Shown: positions 47,933 to 59,274 of the stretch, piece by piece
Layout: the number at the start of each line of letters is the position of its first letter
How positions within the stretch are numbered: the first letter of the stretch is position 1
Assembly: GCA_030295235.1 (NCBI GenBank)
Contig: AP026127.1
Span: 1,302,001 to 1,366,000 of the forward strand
Direction of reading: 5' to 3'
Source: Fistulifera solaris
Taxonomy: Eukaryota
Length of the DNA: 64,000 nt
Notes under the pieces: generated by a model
The model's database searches: none
What the model was told of the DNA's origin: nothing
What the model saw: only the letters and a program-made list of their open reading frames with translations
Position numbers and translations under genes: made by a program

Positions 47933-50585
47933 ATGACACGTAAAAAAGAACCAAGAGAGACAACAAAAAGGTGCTAGTGCTAGTACTGCTGGAGAGAATT
48001 TTTTAAAAGCAAAGACCAGTAAACTCCTACCTGTTCGTGTGATCGGGGCAACGAAGAGCCCGTCCTGTTCGAAACAAACGATAATCATCAACGTTTCGGA
48101 GCACGATGCATCTTTGCTAAATGTAAAAGTGCAAGATGAACTGATACTTATTTCGGTGGCGGAAGATGGCGGAGTGCGAAAAGTATCATCGATCATCATC
48201 GGTAATGCTGCCATTTCTCGATCCGAGCGCCAGAGTCCAGGGCAACCAAGCTCTAAAACAAAAACAGCAACTCCAGGGACCGTCATCGTGTCGCCTACGG
48301 GATCTCAATCAACAACAAAGCCTCCGCAAACACCTATTGACACGACAAGCGAACTTCCACAACGAACTCCGGATGATAAAAGGGATTTTCATTCAGGCGA
48401 GATGGCCTTACTTCGCCTTCCACCCCATCGAATCCAAAAAATTCTCCGTCTATACGAAGTTTTCAGACACAAGAGAAATGTTGGATCATTCCGATGACAT
48501 CGGCTCTGGGACGTTTCGTTGCACAAAATGTATGCTCTGATGCAGTGAGAGTTGATATTCGACCGGAGATAGAAGGAGACATGGTTGTAACATCAGCCCT
48601 ACGGGTCTTGGAAAGACTAGTATTGGCGAATTGTGTGGGTCGATATTTTCAAAAAGGCGAAACAATCAACATTTCATTTCAGGGGAGGACCATCGATGTC
48701 ATGCTCAATTCTATTGAAGCGTCCCCGAGACTGTACCTTTAGATGCAGCATTCAAACAAATGTCTTTGGAGGAAAACGACATCGTAAGCGATGACGACGA
48801 TGACGGAGGCAAAGAAAACTACTTGAGATGCCTCATAGAAAGGACGGATTGTCAATTGTTTAGAATTCATAAAGATACTCAAGTGATTTGTCGCGCGAAA
48901 GACGACGAAACAAAAGAGAGCTTGTACGATCAAGGACCTTTAGTGGTCGGCCTCGATGACACATTGAGCTCATTGAGAACTTTTCTAGAAACCAGCTTGG
49001 AGCGCAGCGATCTTTTTTCTTTTGGAGATGTTCGAATGAAACCTCCCAAGGGTGTGTTGTTGCACGGTCCAAGTGGCGTAGGAAAGAGCCAAGTAGCGAA
49101 ACAAATCGAACGAGAGCTCAAGATGCGATCTCATGATGTGACATACGTAAGCTGCGCATCACTTCGATCCAAAGCGGCGGTAGTCGGAGAAGCAGAGCGA
49201 TCGCTTACTTCGTTCTTTGATTCGTTAACTCGCAGCAAGCTATTAATTTTAGATGACGTGCATCTTATATGCCCCCGGAGAGGTAGCTCGACCAGTGGAA
49301 CTGATCAACTGGCTGCAACGCTGCTTGCGCTCATGGACGGAGTCTCAAACAAAGAGGAGCGCCCTTTGCTATCCTTGCTATTACCAACAATCCCTCACTG
49401 CTAGACGCTGCCATTCGACGACCTGGGCGGCTGGATACAGAAATTGAAGTCCCTTTGCCAGATCAACCGTCAACTCGAGCGGATATAATGAAATTTATCA
49501 TTCAGAGAATGAAGGTCACGGCCAATTCTGTTAGTGCAGATGATTGGTTGGATCTTGGTAAACTTGCAAAGGGTTTCAGTGGCTCTGATTGCATGCTTGC
49601 AATGAAAGAGGCGATACGGGCAGCATCGGTTCACTCATTACAAAACAGGTTGGAATTTGGAGCAGATTTGAAACTTACAGACCTTCGATCTTCTATCCGG
49701 GCAACTAAGCCTTCCACGATCAAAGCAATAACAGTTGAAATTCCCGAAGTAAAGTGGTCTTCGATCGGTGGAATGGAATCCGTGAAGAGGCAAATCAAGG
49801 ATGCCATTGATTTTCCTGATGAGCATAGCACTGCTTTCCGAGATCTAGGAATATCCGCGCCAAACGGCATTCTTCTTTACGGACCACCGGGTTGTTCCAA
49901 GACCTTGATGGCAAGAGCTCTTGCGACCGAAGGCAAAATGAATTTCCTCGCAGTGAAAGGACCCGAGCTTTTGAGTAAATGGCTTGGAGAAAGTGAACGA
50001 GCGTTGGCATCACTATTTAAAAGAGCTCGAATGGCTAGTCCTTCTATTATCTTTTTCGACGAGCTTGATGCCATTGCTTCAAAGCGTGGTAGCGCCGATT
50101 CGACAAGTAGTGGGCGATTACTCTCTCAGCTGTTGACAGAACTTGACGGCGTTTCTCATTCATCTTTCGGAGGCAAGGCACGACGAGTTGTCGTTGTTGG
50201 TGCGACAAACCGGCCTGACTTGCTGGATAGCGCGCTCACTCGACCCGGAAGAATCGATCGAAAGATATACGTTGGCGTTCCAGACATGAAAAGTCGTGCG
50301 CAAATATTCAAGCTCAATCTCAGCACCAAATCATTGGATGAAGACGTTAACTTTGATCTACTGGCAAGCGACGAAATCAGCGACGGGTTTTCTGGTGCAG
50401 AGGTGGTAGCGATTTGTAAGGATGCGGCTTTGCTGGCTTTGGAAGAGAGCGATGTTCGCGCAGTGGATCCAACACAGGTAACGATTGGTATGCGTCATCT
50501 ATTACAGGCAATCCGATCAACTCCCAAACAAATAACTTCAGAAATGCTCGACTTCTACTCGTCGTACCGTCTAACAGTCCAGTGA
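47933..50585 (+). CDS. AFG2: Double AAA+ ATPase of the CDC48 family (AFG2/SPATA5-like)
   Basis: Walker A GPSGVGKS and GPPGCSKT, Walker B IIFFDELD, SRH motifs IRRPGRLD and ATNRPDLLDSALTRPGRID; split over 4 ORFs by frameshifts. Confidence 0.85.
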
Positions 50586-50671
50586 TGACATAGGGATAAA
50601 AACCAAACAGCTCATTTTGGAGATAACATAAGAAGTAATCAATTCTATCAATGATGGCCTCATCAGACCAA

Positions 50672-52622
50672 CTACACCATTTGTACCTCGGCCTTTTTTG
50701 AAATGTCCGTGGCATCAGAGCCTTGTCCCTCCTCCTCATGGCTCAATTCGTCATCGTCCTCAATTGCACAACTTGTTTCCTCTTTATCGTTCTGTGAAGA
50801 CGCCAATTCCACATTTGTGTATTCATTCTCAACTTGATCTTCATCGTCGCCACCCACGATATACCCGGTCTCAATGTACTCATCAAATTTCTTTCCCATG
50901 AAACGTGCATTCCAAATTAGAAACGATGCAACACCCATTCCCACGAAGCTTCCGTTTGCAATTAGATTGGCTGCACTATCCGAAAAGAAGTTCGTAACGA
51001 GACTGCCAAGTGCTTTGGAGCCTCGTGCACCAAAGATATCGATCCAGCTCTTTGCTTTGTACCGCACCGCAGAACTGGTGGGCTGGTAGAGGATTTCTTT
51101 GGTGGGATTGTTGAGTGCGTACGAATTTGCTTTGAGCAACATCATAGCACCAAAAACAACGTAGAGAGTGGGGTAAAGTCTCACGAAAATGATGACGCAC
51201 AAACAAAGGGAAGGAAAAAGTAGGAGTGTCAATCGGAGGCCAAGGAAGCGAATCACCGCACTGGTTCCGAACAAGCTAAACAAAAACGACAAAGAATTCG
51301 TAGCCTGTCCAAATAGACCCATGAATGAGGCAAAGGCAGCGGTGGCTTGAGCTGATGTTCCATGTTCACCTGTCAGTGCGTCGTAGCAGTCCATTCCCAT
51401 TTCGCAAGGATACTCCTCGGCGAAATACTCTTTCGCAAGAAGTTTCATTGTAAAGTCAACAATAGTCACCTCAACCATAAATAAGCAGCTAATGGCAAAG
51501 ATTCCCTTCACGTAGTTGTGTTTCGCAAAGAGATGCAGTCCTTCCAAAATTCCGGTCTTGGCTTTCTTCGTTGTTGTAGGGTTGCTGGCATTTCTATCCT
51601 GAACACCATAGGTGGCTATGTAAAACCGCATTGTTCCTTGCAACAGCAGCATGCAGAGGGCACCGATCATGTAACATGAAGCCACGCTGCGATTGCGGGC
51701 GAGACGATTCGCATGAGTGAAAGAGCGCCAATCAGAGCAAATACTTTGCAAAGTGCACTCACCCTATTGTTTCCGCAAACCTAGCTACCGTCGGACCAAT
51801 AATACTTCCGATCTGTGCCGTGGCAACAATAATACCGTAACTGGCTTTGGCTGTCTCGAGCGTAATGTTCGAGTTGGCAAACGACCAAAACAAACTGACC
51901 ATGACGGAACCAAAGGATTCGATCGTACAGTAACTTATCCATCCCAAAAGTCGATACGGACTCGGTTTTTCATTTTTCAGCCCGATAGTGGGGTGCATCA
52001 GTAATAGAGCGATAACAATGAATGCGCCAAAGTAAAACGTTCCGAAGATGTAGAAGAGACGATGCTTGGGGATATCCGAGTCCAGTAAATGATTGTAAAT
52101 CGATACGACGCCAAGAACGACGAAAACCGACACAATTTTGGCTTTCGGGATAGTCTCAATTCCACAGAGAGCCGACAGGACAGGGTCTTTCAAAGAGCGC
52201 AGCAGCCAGTAGCCACCGATCATAAAGAAAAGCGTCGAAGCCAAGCAAAGCGTTCGTATCATTTCTGCCGGTGGAAGTTTGTCACCGTAGAGTCGTTTGT
52301 AAATCCTTTCCAATATCCGCAACACGCGAGCCATTCTTCGTTCGGAAGAGTTTCCGTGCGACTCCCACATCGGTCGATCAAAGAACTCGTCTTCGTTTTG
52401 CTCGTCCTTTTCTTGATCATACGACTTGCTTTCGCCTTTAATGAGCCCTTTCGAAGCACTGTTTGCCTCAATCACTTCACCACGCGGTCCTTTTCCCGCA
52501 GACTGCGTATTCATAGAACTCCAAGATTGACCGCTTTGACTTCCTTCACCTTTTCCTACCGATGCCGCAAGGCGCTGTGCCTCGGGAGAACTCATCGGAA
52601 AAGGGTCATTTTGTGGCGACAT
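50672..52622 (-). CDS. TLC-family nucleotide (ATP/ADP) transporter, NTT-like; 2 exons
   Basis: [55 protein letters not shown]; intron 51687-51762 (GTGAGT...GCAG). Confidence 0.9.
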
Positions 52623-53110
52623 TTCTCGTCTAGTTTTGCCGATTAGAGGGCTCCTTTCCTCAACTGTCGCGCAAAGAAAGATAGGAATGCACACGAGACC
52701 TGAAACCACAACAAGTAAGTTACGGATATCAATACTTATTATTATCGCATTGCCGAGACATGCAGCCGCATTGCTCATCATCGTCTTGTTGTCGACCGCG
52801 ATCGCACGCGTGCGTATCAACCAGTACCGGATAAAGTGTGGATATACAGTTACAAAACTTCCCTCTGTCGTAGAAGCACTAACGGATCGTCTGTTTGCGT
52901 ATTCACGAGCGACGACCTACTATGTCATCGCCTAAAAGTCGAGAGACTCTAGACTTCTAGACTAATAGCTCGTGCACCTAACTCTGTTTTCGATGAGACA
53001 TAGCCACAAAACTATCAAATGAATACAACTATGAAAGCCAAAAGTATAAGTAGCATGCCTGAATAATGATTAAGGAAAACACTAACTTTAAGAAAAGCTG
53101 AATAGCAAAA

Positions 53111-54045
53111 TTACCAATCATTCGTTGCAGCCACCATTTCTTGCTGTTCGTCTTCTCTCTCCTCCTCATATTCAATTTCAACTCGAGGACCTCGTCTTCT
53201 GTTTTCTTTCTTCGGCTTCTTGGGCTTTTCGTCGTCGGAGTCGGAACTACTATCGTTTGATTCGTCCGAATCATCGTCACTTCCTTTACCCCATTTGCCG
53301 TCTCCCATGTAATCCATATCTTCCATGTCATCTTCCATTTCCTCTTCTTCAGAGTCAAGATCTTCCACATATTCAACAAGACCTTCCTCTTCTTCCTCCT
53401 CACTTTCTGATTCAGTCTCCTCTTCCACTTCTTCTTCTTCCTCCGCATGATCGAGCGCCTTATTGTACGACATTTCAGGAAAGTTGTAAATATCACCATA
53501 CGCTCCTTTCGCCAGACGTTGTACGAGCTCTTTCTCGATAGACTTTTCTAACTTGGCAGCAATCAATGCCTTTCTCTCTCGGCGTTCTTCTCTTTGTTCA
53601 ATCTTACGATGAATGCCGACCACCTTGGCTTTGCGACCGGCCCGTGCCTTGAGTTCAATCTTCCTCATGCGAATCAAGTACTGATGTATTTTCGTCAATC
53701 TTTGTTTGTTGCGATGAATCAATACTTTGGGAAAATACGCTAAATGTTCGTCGATTTGCGCCAGGGCTTTGCTGTAGTTCCGTGATAAAGTGATGCGTTC
53801 CCAGAGATTCTTGGGAGAATGCGCTCGTTCTACAGTCTTGATGTAGAGGCTGATTTTACCTTCTTCCTCTCGAATCGTAGCGTATCTCGAATTCGCCAGA
53901 GGACAACTGGTGCGATTGCAAAGACCCGTCACCGAATAGGGATGCCGACAGAAATGGGTCTTGTCGGAAGGGCTTTCCCAATTGTTGTCTTGTACGAACA
54001 AAATTGGTGGTTGATAACCTGCCATATCATCTCATCGTGCTGCAT
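53111..54045 (-). CDS. MAK16: Ribosome biogenesis protein MAK16
   Basis: [19 protein letters not shown] (from ATG 54045, frameshift ~53971), [26 protein letters not shown], acidic tail, VEIEYEEE. Confidence 0.95.
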
Positions 54046-54507
54046 GATTCTGTAAGAGAGAAAGGAAGTATTCACAACAACTTGAATCGATAGTTTAGGA
54101 ACAGATTATTCTTTTTGTTGTTGCACTTATCTTTTGTCTCGATGAACTTTGGTTGGTTGTTGCAAAATGCAAAATGGAGGTTGGATGGCCGGAGAAGGAG
54201 TGGAGGACAGACGTAATAACCGTAACCTTATCTACCTACTTCGTAGTTACAACGCATTTCAGTTAGAAACTGCCATCTAACGGCTTGATTTATGGGGAGT
54301 ACATAATTCTACAGAGATACCTTCAAATAGATTCTACATACACGAATGTTAATTAGACGCACGTCGGCGTGATACAAAAACATGCCGCACTTTTCCATTT
54401 TCCATTCGCGCACTGTTGCATTCTGTGGAATCATCATTCTCATCATTCCTTCACAAGCTTGTAGATCTTCTTCGTTAGTTCACAACAAGTCAGCAAGTAC
54501 ATCAATC

Positions 54508-55941
54508 ATGAGCACTCTCATCAAGCGTGCTATGGAAAGAGGCGATATCCGCTTGAAATCATTTCATCGCGTGAAGACCCTCGATCAATTCTTATGCAGC
54601 GTCGAACGACTGCGGCGTGTTTGGATCGACGAGCTTGACGTGTTCGTAACTGTCTTGAAAGCAAATTTTCGACAGGACGAGGCGTTTTTTCGTAAGCGCT
54701 ATAGTTTCTGGATTCGTTTCGTAATCAGGATTGATGAAGATATGTTTTGTTTTCACGGGAAGGATTCGATGCAACTGGCCTCCACTATCACACACGTGCT
54801 TGCACTTCCGGATCCTGAACCTGACGACTCTATGCAGAACGCTACTCAATCTTGAGAAATACTAGTTCTGGGGTCGAGCTTCGATTTAGAAGTTATGATG
54901 GGGGAGCTAGTCCTCTCTCCCACCCAGCTACGGACCATCCTGTCGACCCATGCTACCCATTCGTACAGTTTTTTCAGACTTAATCTTTCTCCGTCGCAGT
55001 CCGTTGTCCTTGCTGAGATGGACATACTGCATTGTGCTGGTTATTGTTCGATCAGTGACGAGGGTCTGGCATTGGTAGACTATCTTGAACATGACAATGG
55101 AACACGAACTTTGAGTACATTTGAAAGTCTTTCTTGTGAAGCTGCTTGGATGAAAATACTTGAGTTTATACAGCGTTCTACGTACCCTGTTTTTAATGAA
55201 CTCGTGCATGAAAACTATGACGAAATGAACCTTGAGAAATGGACTTTCTTCGCTCGCGCAAATGTCAATTCAATCAAATCATATGTCAGCCGCCGTTCTG
55301 TGGAAGAAGGTCAACTCGACGCTATTGTTGAAAGTCTACGAAATGGTACAATGAGAGCGCATAAACTTGACTTGCGCTTTTCTTGGCCTGATGAGTCTAC
55401 GTTTCGGGATCTGTTTGATGCGTTGTCTTCTACCGAGTGTCGTCTAAAAGATCTACGCTTCCATGCAACAAATACTGACAGTCGTATGGCTGCTCTTATC
55501 AATGATAAATACATTATCAATATGCTGCACGCGAATATAAGCCTCGAAACATTGGGTATCAAGTGCGAGGACGACTCGCCAGGATTTCTTTCAATGGGAA
55601 TTTTGAACGCCGCTGCGGAGCACCCTTGTCTTCGTAAACTCATTTTTCGGCCGCCTGCGGAACTGGATCCGCCCCCAGTTAGACAGTCCGATCCATTCAA
55701 CATTTGGTACCGAAACAATCCTTCTCTCTGTATTCTGATTGATACCAGTAGAAGTTACTGGAACAATGGAGCAGAAAACTGGCAAGATTACGTCCATTTT
55801 TGTCGATTCGGGCTTTTGCAACAAGTTAGCAATGAAAGAATCCGCTCCCATTTGCTTGTCGCGGCCTTGGCCAACCATTCTAGCTCTCCCAAACGCATCC
55901 ACTATCTCTTGTCGGAGAACCAAGACGTATTTGCAAAGTAA
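54508..55941 (+). CDS. Lineage-expanded hypothetical protein (possible RNI-like/LRR fold), copy 1; in-frame TGA at 54853
   Basis: ORFs 54382-54855 and 54895-55941 are in the same frame; colinear with copies 2 and 3 (WIDELDV, GKD...LASTIT.V..LPD, LSP.QL, ...LLSENQD.FAK). Confidence 0.7.
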
Positions 55942-56571
55942 ATGCGTGCTCATGACGATTCGACGGTATTTATTTCATATGTCACAATATTGTGGCTGCT
56001 CGCAGCTTCAGTCTCATACAGAACAAACATAATAAGGAGTAGCAAGTATAGCTTTACTTAGACGATACGTTAGTACTTGACCTCATTCGGCTTCCTTTTA
56101 CTGCTGAAGCTTCATGCCCAACTAATCACCGATTGTCCCGCAAAAAGCGTATATTGCATCAATTAACCCCGTTGCGTCGCTTGGAGACCCAAATTGTTAT
56201 CTTTCTGCGACAAGGAGCTAGGTCTACCTTGTTGACTATCGTGATAGAGGCCTTATTTTAATTTGCTAGGGAGTGGACTTACCTCATGAATCATGAATCA
56301 TGAACTGGGAACGGGAACGGGGAGAGGACAGACGCAATATTCTTATCCTTAATTTGATTTAGTACCAGGTACACCTACAATTTTTTGCGCACGACGACGC
56401 AATGACACGCGCGCGGTCGCATCAAAATCACCCTCCCGATCGCGTCGCGAGCCGCATTGCCTTTGCCCTTTACCAGGTATTTTGTTCTCCTTCCTGGAAC
56501 CTTCCTTTCTTCATTATATGTTTCTCTTATAAGTCGCACATCCATCAACTACCACGTAAAGCGTCTTTACT

Positions 56572-58027
56572 ATGACTTATTATATCGAGAGTCTCCCTAA
56601 AGAGGGGGATTATCGCTTGATTGGATTGCAACACATGGAGAAACTCGATGACTTTTAAGCCAACTATATGAGGACGAGCGACTTTGGATCGATGAGCTTG
56701 ACGTTTTCGTTACTGCTAGTATTACGTGGGACCTCGAATGGCGCCCACAACAATCTTTTATTGACTACACTGAGTTCAAATTGGATATCGAAGCATACGA
56801 AGGAAATGAGGAATACCAGTGCTTTTTCTATGGGAAGGACTTGATGCATTTGGCATCCACTATCACCCATGTCCTTGCGCTTCCGGATCCTGACTTTAGT
56901 GCCGTTGGCCCTCCGTATCCCTGTCGATATCGAAATATCACTCTATGGGGAAGAGAACCTTGCGGCGGGCGTGACTTTGTACGGAAGGACCTGATCCTCT
57001 CTCCAGCTCAGCTACGGACTGTTCTGTCTACAAACGTTCTACACCGGTGCACATTACTTGGATTCAATCTTTCTCCTTCACAATCCATCGTTCTAGCTGA
57101 AACCAACAAACTCAATCGTGCTACTTCGTGTTCGATTAGTGACCAGGGGCTCTAGGGTTGGTGCATTACCTTGAACATGACAACGGGACTCGAACGTTGG
57201 GCGTTTTGGATGACCATTTTGGGGGTGCTTGGAGGAACATGTTCGAATTTCTACGACGTTCCACGTATCCTGTCTTCGAAACACTAAATTTAGCTTCACG
57301 CCGCGGAAATCCGGAGGGATGGGCCCTCTTCACTCAAGCGAATGTCAACTCAATCTACATACTCGCCGATACCCATGACTTGGAAATAGATACTGGTTAC
57401 TACAGTCCTATTATCGAAGCTCTTCAAGATGGTACATTGAGGGCTCCAACAATCGAATTGAGGATTAATGTTTGTAGAAGAGACGGGGAACTTCATGTGT
57501 GCACCTTTCAGGATCTGTTTCATGCTTTGTCTTCTACTGAGTGTCCCCTGAAAGAGTTACTTTTTCTGGCAGACATTTCTGACAGTCGTATTACTACTCT
57601 TCTCTTTGACGAACACATGATCAATATGCTGCGAGCTAATACGAGCCTCGAAATATTGGGTATCAAGTGCGAGGACGACTCATCAGGATTTCTTTCAATG
57701 GGAATTTTGAACGCCGCTGCGGAGCACCCTCGTCTTCGAAAACTTATTTATTCGCCGCCTGTGAAACTGGATCCGCCCCCAGTTAGACAGTCCGATCCAT
57801 TCAACATTTGGTACCGCAACAATCCTTTGCACGAAATTGTTTTTGAGGGTATGCGGTCAGAGAAATGGCAAGATTACGTCCATTTTTGTCGATTCGGGCT
57901 TTTGCAACAAGTTAGCAATGAAAGAATCCGCTCCCATTTGCTTGTCGCGGCCTTGGCCAACCATTCTAGCTCTCCCAAACGCATCCACTATCTCTTGTCG
58001 GAGAACCAAGACGTATTTGCAAAGTAA
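56572..58027 (+). CDS. Same family, copy 2
   Basis: MTYYIESLPKEGDYRLIGLQ start; two homopolymer frameshifts (~56655, ~57148); C-terminal ~50 aa identical to copy 1. Confidence 0.7.
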
Positions 58028-58169
58028 ATGCGTGCTCATGACGATTCGGCGGTATTTCGATGTATTTCATAGTTTGTGGCTGTTCTCAGCTTCAGTTTCA
58101 TACAGAAAACATGATAAGGAGTAACAACCAAAGTTTACGTAGACGAATGGCTAGGTACCAGCTTTTTTT

Positions 58170-58875
58170 GTCATACAGATTTTCTTTTGTATTTCCAGAA
58201 ATTCTGGAGTTGGTGTTTGCAATCATACAGAAATTCTGTGGCACTACCAGAAATTCTGAAAGAATCATTATTTGTTTGCGATCATACAGATCTTCTGTTG
58301 TCGGTCCAAAAATTCTGGAATAGGCGTTTGCTTTCATACAGAAATTCTGTATCATTTCAAGAAATTCTGTATCATTTCAAGAAATTCTGTAACTGGTGTT
58401 TGCGATCATACAGAAATTCTATGGTCGTACCAGAAATTCTGGAATCGATGTTTGCGACCATTCCGAATTCTGTGGCATTTCCAGAAAATCCGGAATCGGT
58501 GTCTTGCGGTCTGCGACCATACAGATATTTTGTGGTTCCAGAAATTCTGGAATTGGCGTTTGCGATTATACCGAATATCTCCGGGCGTTCCAGAAAATCT
58601 GGAATCGGTGTTTGCGACTTGCGACCATTCCGAATTCAGTGGCATGTCCAGAAATTCTGGAGTCGGTGTTTTGCGACCATTTAGAAATTCTGTAGACCCT
58701 AGTCGTTCCAAAAAAACTGGACTGAATCATTGGTGTTTGCGATACTGCAGAAATTCTGTGGCGTTTCCACAAATCTGGAATGCTGCTTGCGTTCATACAG
58801 AAATTCTGTGGGCTTCTCCATAAACTCTGGAATAATCGGGGTTTACAATCACACAGATTTTCTGTGGTTTTCCGG
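58170..58875. repeat. Tandem array of ~12 x 52-58-bp double-palindrome units
   Basis: Consensus TTCCAGAAATTCTGGAA-TCGGTGTTTGCGATCAT-ACAGAAATTCTGT-GGCA; exact 20-bp internal duplication near 58340-58390. Confidence 0.95.
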
Positions 58876-58888
58876 ACAATAAAGTACA

Positions 58889-59134
58889 ATCCGGATCAAT
58901 AGATTACCCACAGTTTTTGTCCGCTGAAGATAATTGTACTACGTACTGTTCTTGGTTACTCTTACAGGCATGTAAAATACAGGAAACGACGTTAAAATTC
59001 TGCCTAGCCGTTGGCTCTACGTAGAAACTTGTACTGAGAGGCAGAATTTTAACGTCATTTCCAGGCCGGCACTCGAAGGATCACGTGAGCCGTACGCTCA
59101 ACGGACAAAAACTGAGGGTATTATTGATCCGGAT
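58889..59134. repeat. Nested inverted repeat (fold-back; MITE-like or structured RNA)
   Basis: Outer arms 58889-58927 / 59098-59134; inner 24-bp arms 58982-59005 / 59039-59062 with one mismatch. Confidence 0.85.
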
Positions 59135-59274
59135 CCATAAAATTCAAGCACTTCCCTTCTGAGCGTACCAGATACGTCGTACAACTGATCCTCGTGTTAG
59201 ACAAGCATAGTAGAGAAAGTAATACTATAAAGGACAAGTTTCAAAAAAAAAAAAATTGATTGCATCGCAACTTA

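Noticed and set aside
3760..54045. Programmed ribosomal frameshifting or mass pseudogenisation
   Set aside because: Shifts are nearly all one-base losses in arbitrary homopolymers across unrelated housekeeping genes, so sequencing error is more parsimonious.
54853..54855. In-frame TGA as selenocysteine or readthrough codon
   Set aside because: It falls in a variable linker with no Cys in the paralogues and no SECIS recognised; a nonsense mutation or compensating indel errors are simpler.
58170..58875. Palindromic repeats at regular spacing resembling a CRISPR array
   Set aside because: The intervening sequences are themselves homologous rather than unique spacers, the repeats are degenerate, there are no cas genes, and the context is intron-containing eukaryotic DNA.
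58098..58889. Several overlapping ORFs with repeated peptides (PEILES, QKFWN, RNSG)
   Set aside because: They are translations of the satellite in multiple frames; unit lengths are not multiples of three.
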